DNA from: a virus
Lineage: Duplodnaviria > Caudoviricetes
IMG/VR virus record: IMGVR_UViG_3300037180_000017
Location: 1-56,476 of that record
Length of the DNA stretch: 56,476 nucleotides
Direction: 5' to 3' (one strand)
In this document: positions 19,545 to 28,987 of the stretch, piece by piece
How the letters are laid out: every line of letters begins with the position of its first letter
Position numbering within the stretch: the stretch's first letter is position 1
The notes under the pieces: generated by a model
What the model saw: the letters and a program-made list of their open reading frames with translations, nothing else
Told to the model about the DNA's origin: nothing
The model's database searches: none
Translations under genes and position numbers: made by a program

Positions 19545-20210
19545 TTAAACCGTGAAAGTAATCTGCTGTGCCGGCGTTCCGTCATTGGGATCAGCGATCA
19601 GAATATAGGTCAAGCCGCTATCGAGCCGCATTCCTGTCCATTGTCCCGCGGCGTTTGACACGGCATATCCTCTTGGCGGTGCAGTATTGGGGTTTGCTGT
19701 CCAGTCTGTCAACAGGTAAGCAAAGACCTGCACGCCTTTAACCCCGATATTGTCCCGGAGAACTGTAAAACTATTCCCGTTGTAGTTCCAGTCAACTTCA
19801 GTATTGCCTACGTTGATTGCCGACCCTCCGCCACTGACTTGCAATAGCTCCATCAACCACTCTCCATCAAGAAGATATCCGTAGTCGCCGCAGCTTAGAA
19901 CCACCTGCGCGCCGTTGGAACCGCTGTCATCGAATGCTACAGTTGTCTGGGCAGAGACAGCACGAACTTCAACTTTGTAAGGTAGTAGGGCAGAGTCGGC
20001 GGCTCCTATAATCACAGGAGCGGCATTAAAATCACTAAACCCGCTGTTATTAGCCAGCGGATATTCGGTCATGGCGATTTCAGCTACATTACTTCCCTTA
20101 TAGTGGTTCTCGGATGCCTGTGAATCCTGGTTGGTAAATCGACAACGAAGCAACGATCCGGCAACGGCCTGAACACCGTTCAAAAAGAAAGTGGTATTGT
20201 TGACTGCCAT
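19545..20210 (-). CDS. Putative virion accessory protein
   Basis: 221-aa beta-rich ORF with a transthyretin/carboxypeptidase-regulatory-like C-terminus. Confidence 0.5.
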   Translation of the reverse strand: MAVNNTTFFLNGVQAVAGSLLRCRFTNQDSQASENHYKGSNVAEIAMTEYPLANNSGFSDFNAAPVIIGAADSALLPYKVEVRAVSAQTTVAFDDSGSNGAQVVLSCGDYGYLLDGEWLMELLQVSGGGSAINVGNTEVDWNYNGNSFTVLRDNIGVKGVQVFAYLLTDWTANPNTAPPRGYAVSNAAGQWTGMRLDSGLTYILIADPNDGTPAQQITFTV

Positions 20211-20217
20211 TAGTTAT

Positions 20218-20550
20218 TCAGGAAGTTGGAGGAACAACAGTCACTGTACCGTCCGAATTTGGGGTTACATCCCACCCTTCAGGCATAGGGCTTATAGGAG
20301 GGCTCGCAGTAGCCGCTGCTACAAACGCCACATATGCTGACGCCAGCACACATAGCCCTGCCGCATTAGTTCCGAAGAGATTAAACTGTGCTTGGGCATT
20401 TGCCGGATTGCTCCAAATGAACTTGGATAATTCAACAGCGAGTGCCTGATTGTCTTGGAACTGCCTGTATGCTTTTCCATGAAGTTGCCCGGCCAATTGC
20501 GTCGGGGTGATAGAAAACGGGGGTGGAGGGTTTGTAACTAGACTACTCAT
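20218..20550 (-). CDS. Hypothetical protein
   Basis: 110-aa ORF following the tail fibre gene. Confidence 0.55.
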   Translation of the reverse strand: MSSLVTNPPPPFSITPTQLAGQLHGKAYRQFQDNQALAVELSKFIWSNPANAQAQFNLFGTNAAGLCVLASAYVAFVAAATASPPISPMPEGWDVTPNSDGTVTVVPPTS

Positions 20551-20559
20551 CAGTATATC

Positions 20560-22596
20560 CTATCCAATAACAATATAATTCCATATATACTGCGTTGCGG
20601 CAGTCAAGCCACCTGTTCCGACACTCACCACAAATGTAGTGGTTGTTTCATTCACATAGACGTTAGCGGCGGTGGCCCCCAACGCCCCTGTTCCTCCACC
20701 AGCCAGTGTAAGTATTACATAGGGCGCGGCGCTGAACGCGGTGTGGAATGTGACGGTGCATACCGTTGCGGAAACAGTGGGGAGTGTTCCCGTAGTGAGT
20801 GTGATTCTTCCAGCAAGATCCGTACCCGCTATAACGATCGTCGGACTGGTTCCTGCCCCAGCACCTGCTGCAATTGTCGGAGCCGAAGTAGAACCGACAA
20901 TGTGTGTGCTGGTGACTTTGCTGACAGCTATGCTCTGTCCGGAAAGTAAAACAGTATTGACAATGGTTCCCGTATCGTAGAGTAAACTTCCTAAATTCCC
21001 CGCAAACAGTCTACCCATCGTTCCAGCAGTTATAGTGGTTGGATCAATAGGGTTTAATTGTGTGGTTCCATCCGGGCCAAGACGAATTGAATATGGTCCT
21101 CCTCCATCGCTCGCACCTAGACATAGCCCCACTTGATTCCCTAAGCCATACGCTTTAATTATACCATCGCCAGCAAATGATCCAGTCAGTCCCTGATCGC
21201 TTTCAGTACCTATGCCTGTACCGTAGGGATCGCCAACCACACCCACAACTATCGATGGTCCTAGAGTTGTATTGGCTATTTCGGTGTATACGTCGGCAGT
21301 CGAGTCTTGCTCATTGACTTGGACACCTATTCCTAAGTCGGTTCCTGTAACTGTTACATCATTCGCCGTAAGACCGGCCGTTAATGTCAACCCCGCAAAC
21401 GTAGGCTCGTCACCAATGTTCAAAGACTGATCGAAAATATTGGGAATCTGTGCGGTGTCAAATACCCCGTTATTTATAACCGACGCATCTAAAACTCCGG
21501 GCAGATCGCCCTGGTTCATACCGCGCCAAGATGGTGTTACTCCTGTTCCATTATATGGCGTTGCATATATCAGTGATCTTACTGTACTGGTAAACGACGG
21601 TAGATATGCTGATGATGCATTTGTAGCTGAGCTGCCGAGTCCGCCGATGTCGGTAGTTGTCAACATGACGTTGCCGGATCGCCCGGAGACGGTTTGCACC
21701 GGCGCATATGATGCAGCGGCAGATGCAAAACCTGTGATCTGTCCGTATGTATAATCTCCGGTTTGAGCGATCACTGTTCCGTATCGACCAAACACAGTAA
21801 CCACTTCATTGGCGATCCCGTCAAGTTTATCCCATGTCGCCCCGTTGTACACAATCGAGTCACCGATATTCCATTGATTGATCCCATTAACGGTTGACGA
21901 CCCAGCTATGGCAACTTTATAAAACTGGCCCTGTGTTCCTGTCCCGTTTCCTAATGACGGCAAGTTCGCTAACGCATTCCACGTCCCTTGGTACTGCATA
22001 TCCCCAACAACCGAAGAGGGTAGGTTGGCCACGGGTATCTTATTCCCGCCGTCGGCAATCAAGGGACCGTTGGCAACGCCAGCAGTCATTGTTGCAACAG
22101 ATCCCAGCCCACTAACATCCGCGACAGTTATGCCACGAAATACTTTTGCCCCATCCCAGAATGTGTTTGTTCCCGACGTACCGATCGCCGGTTCGTAGTC
22201 CGTTGAAGCGTGTGTAGCAATCGTCCCAAGGCCGCTAATATCCGCAGTGGTGATGACACGGAACGCTTTAGCTCCGTCCCAAAACTGATTTGTTCCACCG
22301 GAAGAAATCGCAGGCTCGAATACAGCATTAGTGACGTTGCTCAGTCCTACCGCCGCGGGGTTAAGTGCCTGCCAAGTCTCATCTCCACGCCAATATTGGT
22401 CTGTAGTTCCCGGAATAATGACATTTTGCTTAGAACTGGCAAGGCCACTAACAGCATTATTCGCTGACGTGATCTGACCCTGCAATGAAACAATGGATGT
22501 CGTTATCGAAGCATTGGTTATCGCAACATTCGTCCCACCTACAAGCATACCTGCTTGAGCGGCATATCTGACAAGTTGTGCGGTAGGTGGGGGCAT
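20560..22596 (-). CDS. Tail fibre-like protein
   Basis: G/T/A-rich, with fibre motifs 'GTTDQYWRGD..W..L..AAVGLSNV', a duplicated 'EPAI..GTN.FWDGAK.FR', 'YQGTWNA', 'VQTVSGRSGNV.L'. Confidence 0.75.
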   Translation of the reverse strand: MPPPTAQLVRYAAQAGMLVGGTNVAITNASITTSIVSLQGQITSANNAVSGLASSKQNVIIPGTTDQYWRGDETWQALNPAAVGLSNVTNAVFEPAISSGGTNQFWDGAKAFRVITTADISGLGTIATHASTDYEPAIGTSGTNTFWDGAKVFRGITVADVSGLGSVATMTAGVANGPLIADGGNKIPVANLPSSVVGDMQYQGTWNALANLPSLGNGTGTQGQFYKVAIAGSSTVNGINQWNIGDSIVYNGATWDKLDGIANEVVTVFGRYGTVIAQTGDYTYGQITGFASAAASYAPVQTVSGRSGNVMLTTTDIGGLGSSATNASSAYLPSFTSTVRSLIYATPYNGTGVTPSWRGMNQGDLPGVLDASVINNGVFDTAQIPNIFDQSLNIGDEPTFAGLTLTAGLTANDVTVTGTDLGIGVQVNEQDSTADVYTEIANTTLGPSIVVGVVGDPYGTGIGTESDQGLTGSFAGDGIIKAYGLGNQVGLCLGASDGGGPYSIRLGPDGTTQLNPIDPTTITAGTMGRLFAGNLGSLLYDTGTIVNTVLLSGQSIAVSKVTSTHIVGSTSAPTIAAGAGAGTSPTIVIAGTDLAGRITLTTGTLPTVSATVCTVTFHTAFSAAPYVILTLAGGGTGALGATAANVYVNETTTTFVVSVGTGGLTAATQYIWNYIVIG

Positions 22597-22617
22597 GTTT
22601 TCTGAAAATTCTGGGAG

Positions 22618-23472
22618 TTACGGTCTTACAGCGCCGGTAATTCTCGGCATTGCAAATGCGATATCGGGCGGTGTCCCATCAAATCCGATCCACCCTGTCC
22701 CGATCACATCGGGGAAATACACCGTGCCATCCGCCCATTTCAATGCAGTGATTTCCTCTTCGCCGAACTCGCCGGTAGTAGGACATCGCATTCGTGGCCC
22801 GGGAGGCGTTCCGCTGGAGTCAGGATTCTGGGTCCACCCCTGCATGTTCAGTTTTTGAAAAGAAGTTTCAACGAACACAAGAACCTGATCGTTAGGATTC
22901 CAGTTCTGAAGCCGCCTTATCTGGGGAAGAACATAAGTCCGCCACGCTGCAATCCCTGTGACCTCACCGCGGTTAATAACATAATAATCAATCATCCAAA
23001 CCGTTGGACGACCTTTAGCGGCGACCTTGACAGCATTTACATAGGGCTGTAGCTGGGTGTCGGTCTGATACCGCATCTTCCAGCCATCAAAATTCACAAA
23101 AAAAGCCTTGGCCCCCTGTGAATATGCGGTAGTGGCTTCAGTTCCGAGTTGTGTGGCGGTGATATTGTCGTTGGACTCGTCCGTGACCGCCACGCCAAGA
23201 CAATTTCCATCCCCATAATGTGCTTTCGCACTTCCGTCGTCCTGTGGAATCACATAGAGGCCCGCGGTATTCGCGGCAGCAAAATAAGCATCCACAGTGA
23301 TGGTGTTACCTTGAGTCTCCCAGCGAAATAACGTGTTCACACCACGCTGCTGCCACGTTGAGAAACTGGAGATCGGCTGAGAATAAACGCCGATAATCCG
23401 ATTCGGTTGTGTGGTCTGCGCCTGTGACCAGATGGGTAGTAAAGCAACGATCCAAAACCAAATGCTTTTCAT
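22618..23472 (-). CDS. Signal-peptide-bearing glycoside-hydrolase-like (TIM-barrel) protein
   Basis: AAAGGAG SD before ATG 23472; signal MKSIWFWIVALLPIWSQA; 'IIGVYSQP...WQQRGVNT', 'TDESN', 'MIDYY', 'VFVETS'. Confidence 0.55.
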   Translation of the reverse strand: MKSIWFWIVALLPIWSQAQTTQPNRIIGVYSQPISSFSTWQQRGVNTLFRWETQGNTITVDAYFAAANTAGLYVIPQDDGSAKAHYGDGNCLGVAVTDESNDNITATQLGTEATTAYSQGAKAFFVNFDGWKMRYQTDTQLQPYVNAVKVAAKGRPTVWMIDYYVINRGEVTGIAAWRTYVLPQIRRLQNWNPNDQVLVFVETSFQKLNMQGWTQNPDSSGTPPGPRMRCPTTGEFGEEEITALKWADGTVYFPDVIGTGWIGFDGTPPDIAFAMPRITGAVRP

Positions 23473-23891
23473 GGATTCTCCTTTGCGGTTTTCTGGGGAA
23501 GGACCAGCACATTTCCGGTCCGAAATTTTCGGTAAGTTGTCATTGTTTTCCAGGCGGCATGAGCCACCAAGATTGACATTGTGGTTCGTAAGGTTCCCAT
23601 CACGATATAGTGAACAGGCATTCTTGGATTCAAACCCCAATACAGCAGCCAGTAGCGATCAAGGCCCATCCACAAACTACAAACCTGGACCATAAGGAAA
23701 CGGCTCTTATTGCGGAAATTATTTTGGATCCAAATTTTCACGCCCTCATCATTTGGCCTATCTGAGCTTAAAAAACGATTTTCACGAACGGCATCAATGA
23801 AAGTGATTAGGTTCACCACCAAACAGAGGAGGCATATCAGGTTCTCCGATAGCTCCAGTACGTTTAATGCCAACAGCGTTTTCGAGGTCAT
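23469..23891 (-). CDS. Membrane protein (holin-like candidate)
   Basis: GGAG SD before ATG 23891; about three hydrophobic segments. Confidence 0.5.
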   Translation of the reverse strand: MTSKTLLALNVLELSENLICLLCLVVNLITFIDAVRENRFLSSDRPNDEGVKIWIQNNFRNKSRFLMVQVCSLWMGLDRYWLLYWGLNPRMPVHYIVMGTLRTTMSILVAHAAWKTMTTYRKFRTGNVLVLPQKTAKENP

Positions 23892-24024
23892 TGAGTCTCC
23901 TGTTCTGATGCACATCCATCATTCTCAATTCCCGAAGTTGACGCTCTACTTCTTCGAGCCGTTCCTTGTCTTCGCGCTTACGAGCCGCTTCAGCCATTTG
24001 CTTATCCACGTCGTATTCAAACAT
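23794..24024 (-). CDS. Small coiled-coil protein
   Basis: Overlaps the upstream gene's stop; charged helical sequence. Confidence 0.5.
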   Translation of the reverse strand: MFEYDVDKQMAEAARKREDKERLEEVERQLRELRMMDVHQNRRLNDLENAVGIKRTGAIGEPDMPPLFGGEPNHFH

Positions 24025-24319
24025 CGGGAGTTCCTTTTGTTACTGCTTTTTCAGCAACCCCAATGCCACGATCTGCATTGTCCGCGAATTTTCTTGTCGC
24101 ACTCATCAATTCAAACACGTTGGACTGCCACTTGAGAACGCTTTCTTTCAGTTCCTTATTCTCGTCACATGCCCTGTCAAACTCTCGTTTGGTAATGAGT
24201 TTCCCAGTGAGAAGTAGGTACACGATAACAATCATGCACCCAAGTGATCCGCCTTTGGTGACAAAATCGAGAATGCTGCCCGTGCCACCATCGTTTCCAA
24301 GCTGGGCGATAAAGTGCAT
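24017..24319 (-). CDS. Holin-like membrane protein
   Basis: Single N-terminal TM 'GGSLGCMIVIVYLLLTG' followed by coiled coil. Confidence 0.55.
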   Translation of the reverse strand: MHFIAQLGNDGGTGSILDFVTKGGSLGCMIVIVYLLLTGKLITKREFDRACDENKELKESVLKWQSNVFELMSATRKFADNADRGIGVAEKAVTKGTPDV

Positions 24320-24367
24320 GATTATTCCAAAAATTCCGGAAATTAAACCGGGATTGCTCCCGGTTTA

Positions 24368-24973
24368 TTAGCCGCCCGTTGTTGCCGCGCCGGATGCCGG
24401 CGTTGCATCCGTCGCCGTGCTTGGTGATCCTGTGGTATCTTCAGATGTGTTGAGAGTTGGTGTTGAGGCGGATGCGGCCGGAGCCGTGCCGACTGTGCTC
24501 GATCCTGCAATCGGCGTGGAAGCTGTGTTGCTTGGTGCGGGCGTAGAACCATCCGGGTTTAGGCCGTGAGCTTCAAATACCTGCGAGATGGCGGTGTTGT
24601 TAGCAGCATCATCCTGCTGCATTTGCTGAATCTGTGCCTGAAGAGAAGCGATCTGTTGATTCAGTGCCGTCACATCGCCGCCATTGGCCTGAGCCTGCTG
24701 AAGCTGTTGTTGTGCAGCTTGAAGCTGCTGCTGATAGTTATTGGCGGCGGTTTGAGCGGCCTGAATGTCACCATTAAGTAAACCGATCGCCTGTGCCGCA
24801 CTAAAAATCTTGCTCATATATTTCTCCTGGGCCATCATGTAGCCCATCACATAGTTAAGCTCCGCTGCCACTCGGTACGCTTCACGGTTGTCGTTCCGTT
24901 TGAACCCTTCGATTAGATTACGAAGGATCGCAACGGGATGAGGGAGCGGACGCATGGGTTGTTGCTGACTCAT
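24368..24973 (-). CDS. Gln-rich coiled-coil protein with S/T/P/A tail
   Basis: 201-aa ORF; composition. Confidence 0.6.
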   Translation of the reverse strand: MSQQQPMRPLPHPVAILRNLIEGFKRNDNREAYRVAAELNYVMGYMMAQEKYMSKIFSAAQAIGLLNGDIQAAQTAANNYQQQLQAAQQQLQQAQANGGDVTALNQQIASLQAQIQQMQQDDAANNTAISQVFEAHGLNPDGSTPAPSNTASTPIAGSSTVGTAPAASASTPTLNTSEDTTGSPSTATDATPASGAATTGG

Positions 24974-24991
24974 ATTTGTCTTCCCGATAGA

Positions 24992-25306
24992 TCAATGTGC
25001 GGGGGCAATCCCCTGCTGTGAAAACCAGAAATGACCGATCAATGCACCAATAGCTATGGCGAGGCCCGGATAACCACTGACAATATCCCACATAATCCGT
25101 GAGATCGTCGCTGTACTTCCGGCGAGTCGGTACACCACCACATCCCAGATAATGCAGAAAAACAGGGTATTGATATACTTGGCACAGCAACTCCCGTCAA
25201 GCCGTGAAGATGGATAATCCGATCCCGTTTTACCGCTTGCGCTTTTTGGGGTTTCTCGCCGGCAGTTCCGACTTGGGAACTTTGACCAGCTTGCGGCATA
25301 GATCAT
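24992..25306 (-). CDS. Small membrane protein
   Basis: 'IIWDVVVY...ATISRIMW...YPGLAIAIGALIGHFWF', two TM segments. Start uncertain. Confidence 0.5.
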   Translation of the reverse strand: MIYAASWSKFPSRNCRRETPKSASGKTGSDYPSSRLDGSCCAKYINTLFFCIIWDVVVYRLAGSTATISRIMWDIVSGYPGLAIAIGALIGHFWFSQQGIAPAH

Positions 25307-25349
25307 CGAACGCCTTGTAGCCTTTGGGCTTTTTCATTGATCGGATCCT

Positions 25350-25595
25350 TTATTTTCCGGGTGACCGCTTGTCGAATCCCTTTTCCTTCAGAAGTGCGGC
25401 CAGGTCGTCCAAGTGAAGGCAATCACAAATGCACGCGCCAGCAACCGCCGTGCTAATCGGCGCAATGCTGCCATTGCAATAGTCGTTTCCCGGTGTTGCA
25501 TTGTGCAGGACGCCCAGCTTCACGATCTTGCCTTCGCTGCCAATTTCGACAATCGTATCTCCATTTTTCGCTTCACGTCCATTTCGGTAGTGCAT
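25350..25595 (-). CDS. Conserved hypothetical protein
   Basis: GAGG SD before ATG 25595 (MHYRNGREAKNGD...CICDCLHLDD). ORF is open upstream to 25715. Confidence 0.6.
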   Translation of the reverse strand: MHYRNGREAKNGDTIVEIGSEGKIVKLGVLHNATPGNDYCNGSIAPISTAVAGACICDCLHLDDLAALLKEKGFDKRSPGK

Positions 25596-25718
25596 GATTT
25601 CCTCTTTGGTAAGTGATTTTATTAAATAATCGATTGACTCTTCGTGACTCCATTCAAGTTCTTCCATTCGTTCGCCGCCAGGCCCGAGCCGTATTTCACC
25701 AGATTTCGTCTCCATGAT

Positions 25719-26192
25719 TTATATCCCGTCAGCAACGTTTTTTAGGGCATCGACGAGGCCAGCACGATCGCCTCGGCGGGCAAGGTCGGCGTACCATTGA
25801 GGCGTCATTTCATCGCCGACAACGATACCATTCCAGTCACGCACCTCATCTAAGTGCAATGCCCTTCGAGGGTTGTCTCCTGGTGGTTCATCAGCTAGAA
25901 ACTTGGACGTATATTCTTCGGTTTCTGGGGTTTCGATATAAAAAAAACGGTCTTTGAGGAAAAATTCGTAGTATTTCTCAATATCTTCCTCTTTTACATA
26001 AAAAGCTGGATCATCATCATCGCAAAAGGGTCCGAGAACATCGTCAATCGCCCGCAACCTTGCCAGATTGCGGAGAAGATTGCGCAGAGAACAGGTCTCA
26101 CGCACTTCCACGATATGTGGAAATATTCCTCGGAATTTTACAAATCGCCTTCTCATTGCAACCCCATGAATCCGCAGCCATCCATGCCACAA
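25719..26192 (-). CDS. Hypothetical protein
   Basis: 157-aa ORF in the operon. Start uncertain. Confidence 0.45.
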   Translation of the reverse strand: MWHGWLRIHGVAMRRRFVKFRGIFPHIVEVRETCSLRNLLRNLARLRAIDDVLGPFCDDDDPAFYVKEEDIEKYYEFFLKDRFFYIETPETEEYTSKFLADEPPGDNPRRALHLDEVRDWNGIVVGDEMTPQWYADLARRGDRAGLVDALKNVADGI

Positions 26193-26246
26193 AGTTGACG
26201 GTGCGTAAGCCGACGGCCAGCACGGAGTTCCAGGAAGAACACGCCG

Positions 26247-26525
26247 TCACGGAATTACTGCGACGATCTTTGCTATGCCGATTAAGGCCGATGCGATCCC
26301 TGCCGCAGTCACCGTTGTATTATCGTCAAACCCGGAAATTTTTACAAAAGTTGGACCGTTCGGAAAATGCAGCACAGTGATACACCCCACCTTTGGGTCT
26401 TTCAGCACCGTGTCGATCTGGGCGTGCCAATTCCCGTCATCGAAGCGGGCATAACCACATCCGCTCAATAGCAAAATGCACGAAGTTAAAATAAGACACA
26501 GAATAAAGCCGATAGCAAACTTCAT
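26247..26525 (-). CDS. Predicted lipoprotein
   Basis: Hydrophobic N-terminus with lipobox LSGC; hydrophobic C-terminus. Confidence 0.6.
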   Translation of the reverse strand: MKFAIGFILCLILTSCILLLSGCGYARFDDGNWHAQIDTVLKDPKVGCITVLHFPNGPTFVKISGFDDNTTVTAAGIASALIGIAKIVAVIP

Positions 26526-26878
26526 GGCGATCCCGTAGATGGTTGAGTTGCCGCCGCGGCTACGACTGCTTGCTTCGCCTCAACCAGTGTAGCGACTTGA
26601 GCCGTGGTAGGCGGTACTGCCTGCTGAACCACGGCAATGGCGCTTTTAAGTGCGTTGACCTTAGTAGTATCTTTGGTGTCAAACGCCTCATAAGCCGTCA
26701 ATGCAAGCTGTGCATCAGCCAGTGCCTGTGGCACAGTAAGCACGGGCGGTGTGACCGTGACAGTCTGTGATCCATCCGGGTTGGTGGTTGTACTGGTCGT
26801 TGCCTGACAGCCAGCTAATCCGATAACCACCGAACACAACACAGCAGCCAAAAACCACATAAACTTTGAACATCGCAT
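26522..26878 (-). CDS. Predicted lipoprotein
   Basis: AGGAG SD; lipobox LAGC. Confidence 0.65.
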   Translation of the reverse strand: MRCSKFMWFLAAVLCSVVIGLAGCQATTSTTTNPDGSQTVTVTPPVLTVPQALADAQLALTAYEAFDTKDTTKVNALKSAIAVVQQAVPPTTAQVATLVEAKQAVVAAAATQPSTGSP

Positions 26879-26911
26879 AGCGATCTCCTTTGTAGAGCTT
26901 CCCGATTTTGT

Positions 26912-27220
26912 TTACGGCCCTTGTTTCTGGGAAGGAGTAACAGAGGCCGGTTTACCGTAATTCAAAGGCGGAAGTGGCAACGGATAAACTGTTTGGGTAT
27001 CCGTGCCATTCCCTCCACTCGTCAACTGGTTGAGTGTTTTTTCGTGTTGATCGATCCTCGCCTTATTCTGCTTCAACTGGCCGTGAAGATACCCGGCCAA
27101 TAGCGTAAGGACTGGAACGAAGCAAACCTGAGTGGTCGTGCCGAGAAATGGACCGAATCCCTGAAAGAAAGTCGTCCACTGTTCCGGTGTCCAAGCTCCC
27201 AGAATTTTCGGAAAAAACAC
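26912..27220 (-). CDS. Membrane protein (holin-like candidate)
   Basis: GAGGAAGG SD; hydrophobic segment followed by short coiled coil. Confidence 0.5.
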   Translation of the reverse strand: MFFPKILGAWTPEQWTTFFQGFGPFLGTTTQVCFVPVLTLLAGYLHGQLKQNKARIDQHEKTLNQLTSGGNGTDTQTVYPLPLPPLNYGKPASVTPSQKQGP

Positions 27221-27241
27221 GGCGTCCTTCCTCTGGAAAGG

Positions 27242-27742
27242 TTATGATCCCTGACCAACGGCCGTGATACGGATGTTGGGAGTTCCGGCGCTGGCGGCGA
27301 ATCCGAGAATTTTGCTGGTCGATCCGATTGTCACACCGTTGATGGGTTCGACAATAAGGCACGTTCCCATCGGACCAATGACTCTTGTGCCGGTAAGAAC
27401 GTTGGTTGCTCCGCCGGAGTTTGTCCCGGTCATGGTGACGCTGTTGGCAGGATCGAGGTTTTGGATAGCCAGCTTACGAAGACAGGTGAAATTGATGTCG
27501 ACGCTGTTGATACCACCGGCAAATGCCGTGAAATCAACGTTGGCGTTATTCGTCGTTGTCCCTAACAGAAGATCGCCAACTTTATGGGCCGTATTAGACC
27601 CTGAATTTCCGGCGGTGTTGCCGTCCGTCATAGTTAAAGAAGTGTTGAACTGAGCGCCGTGGCTGTCAGGATTGCCCGCCGCGTTAGTGATGGCTTCATT
27701 GTCGTTAGAAAAGATTTGGAGTTGTGAGCCTACAAGAGCCAT
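27242..27742 (-). CDS. Putative virion structural protein
   Basis: GAGG SD; G/T/N-rich beta-sandwich-like sequence. Confidence 0.55.
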   Translation of the reverse strand: MALVGSQLQIFSNDNEAITNAAGNPDSHGAQFNTSLTMTDGNTAGNSGSNTAHKVGDLLLGTTTNNANVDFTAFAGGINSVDINFTCLRKLAIQNLDPANSVTMTGTNSGGATNVLTGTRVIGPMGTCLIVEPINGVTIGSTSKILGFAASAGTPNIRITAVGQGS

Positions 27743-27774
27743 GATGTCCTCTTTTCAAAAAGCCCATAGGGCGG

Positions 27775-28401
27775 TTAATTAGCGATTTTTACCAGACGAT
27801 CGGTATCAATCTCGACAGATACATACCGTTGAAGCACCCCCAGAACCACAAAAAGCCTAGTCTTGGAAGCATTGCGGACTTCTTGGATATATCCCTCATA
27901 TCCTCGCAGCGACCCTGTGATGACGCGGACTGGAGTGTCCGGCAGAGCATCTTCCGGGGAAAGGGTGCGATTATCGCGGTTTTCGCTGACCAGAAAAGCT
28001 AAATCACGTTTGAAACGGCTTTGAGCGCCGGTCTTCAGGATGCGGAAAACATGCCGATGGCTCTTGACTTCACCTTCGGTTTCGGTCGGTGTCGTGACGT
28101 AGCTGGAGGATGGTGGAAGAACATGAGCCTGGAAAAACACAATACCGGGAAATACGGTCAAGTAGGTCGGTTTGTCCGCACTGGACGGCGTTTGCGATCG
28201 CCGCAGCGGCAGGAAATAATAAATACCCCGCTCCTGCATCCACCGAGCAACAGTCTTTTCCTTCTGATAGCTGGTACATGCAACCGCCCACGGAGATGTT
28301 CCAAAAATTCTGGGATCGACAGCCTTATCAGGCGTGCATTCGGCTGGTTCTTGCTCTCCCAGAAAGAGTTCCGGCGGATTTTCGTCAACCGCAAGCGCCA
28401 T
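27775..28401 (-). CDS. NusG-family (UpxY/RfaH/LoaP-like) transcription antiterminator
   Basis: NGN domain 'WAVACTSYQKEKTVA...YFLPL...VFPGIVF' and KOW 'VRVITGSLRGYEGYI...VSVEID'. Confidence 0.85.
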   Translation of the reverse strand: MALAVDENPPELFLGEQEPAECTPDKAVDPRIFGTSPWAVACTSYQKEKTVARWMQERGIYYFLPLRRSQTPSSADKPTYLTVFPGIVFFQAHVLPPSSSYVTTPTETEGEVKSHRHVFRILKTGAQSRFKRDLAFLVSENRDNRTLSPEDALPDTPVRVITGSLRGYEGYIQEVRNASKTRLFVVLGVLQRYVSVEIDTDRLVKIAN

Positions 28402-28521
28402 TGACTTGTCTTCCTAGGTAAGACAGTGGTTTTATCGTGTTCTTGCCCCGACTAAAAGACGCCGGGGGATTCATGGGGCCGTTGATGGCTCCCAAATCGG
28501 ATTTTTACCGCGTTATTAGGA

Positions 28522-28549
28522 ACTGTAGCGGGTTTTTCCGGGTCGTCAA
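28522..28549 (-). promoter_or_regulatory. Candidate late-operon promoter
   Basis: TTGACG-N16-TACAGT on the minus strand; a 15-bp motif copy at 28571-85 lies just upstream. Confidence 0.5.
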
Positions 28550-28639
28550 GGGGGTTTTGAAAAGAATTTTTCCAAAAATTCTGGAGTGTTAAGATATGAG
28601 GACGTGAAAATAGCGTTTTTATTATGGTTTTTAGATGTT

Positions 28640-28933
28640 TTACCCGATCATACGGGCAGTGATCTTCTCTTGAATAGATCGGATGAGTTCTTTGCGTGAA
28701 TGTTCGTCAAGATACTTGGCGATTTCACCCAGTTTCATAGGAATTGTTTTGTTATCCTTGATGAGAAAGATGTGTCCGCAGTTGTTGCAGATGCGAAGCT
28801 GGTTGGAGCTCGCTCTGTTTTGCTCTAGTCTGAAATCCACGGACATCTGCGGAACGGCACAACAAGCCGGACACGGAAACGCATCCTTAGGAGCGAGGAG
28901 ATGCCAAGTTGCAAAGTCCATATCAGTCTGCAC
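28640..28933 (-). CDS. Zn-ribbon protein
   Basis: CPAC...CNNC. Confidence 0.55.
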   Translation of the reverse strand: MQTDMDFATWHLLAPKDAFPCPACCAVPQMSVDFRLEQNRASSNQLRICNNCGHIFLIKDNKTIPMKLGEIAKYLDEHSRKELIRSIQEKITARMIG

Positions 28934-28987
28934 CGTGTATTTGGTAACTATATACTAACCCCTTCCAAAGCTCCGGCCTTGCGTGCG

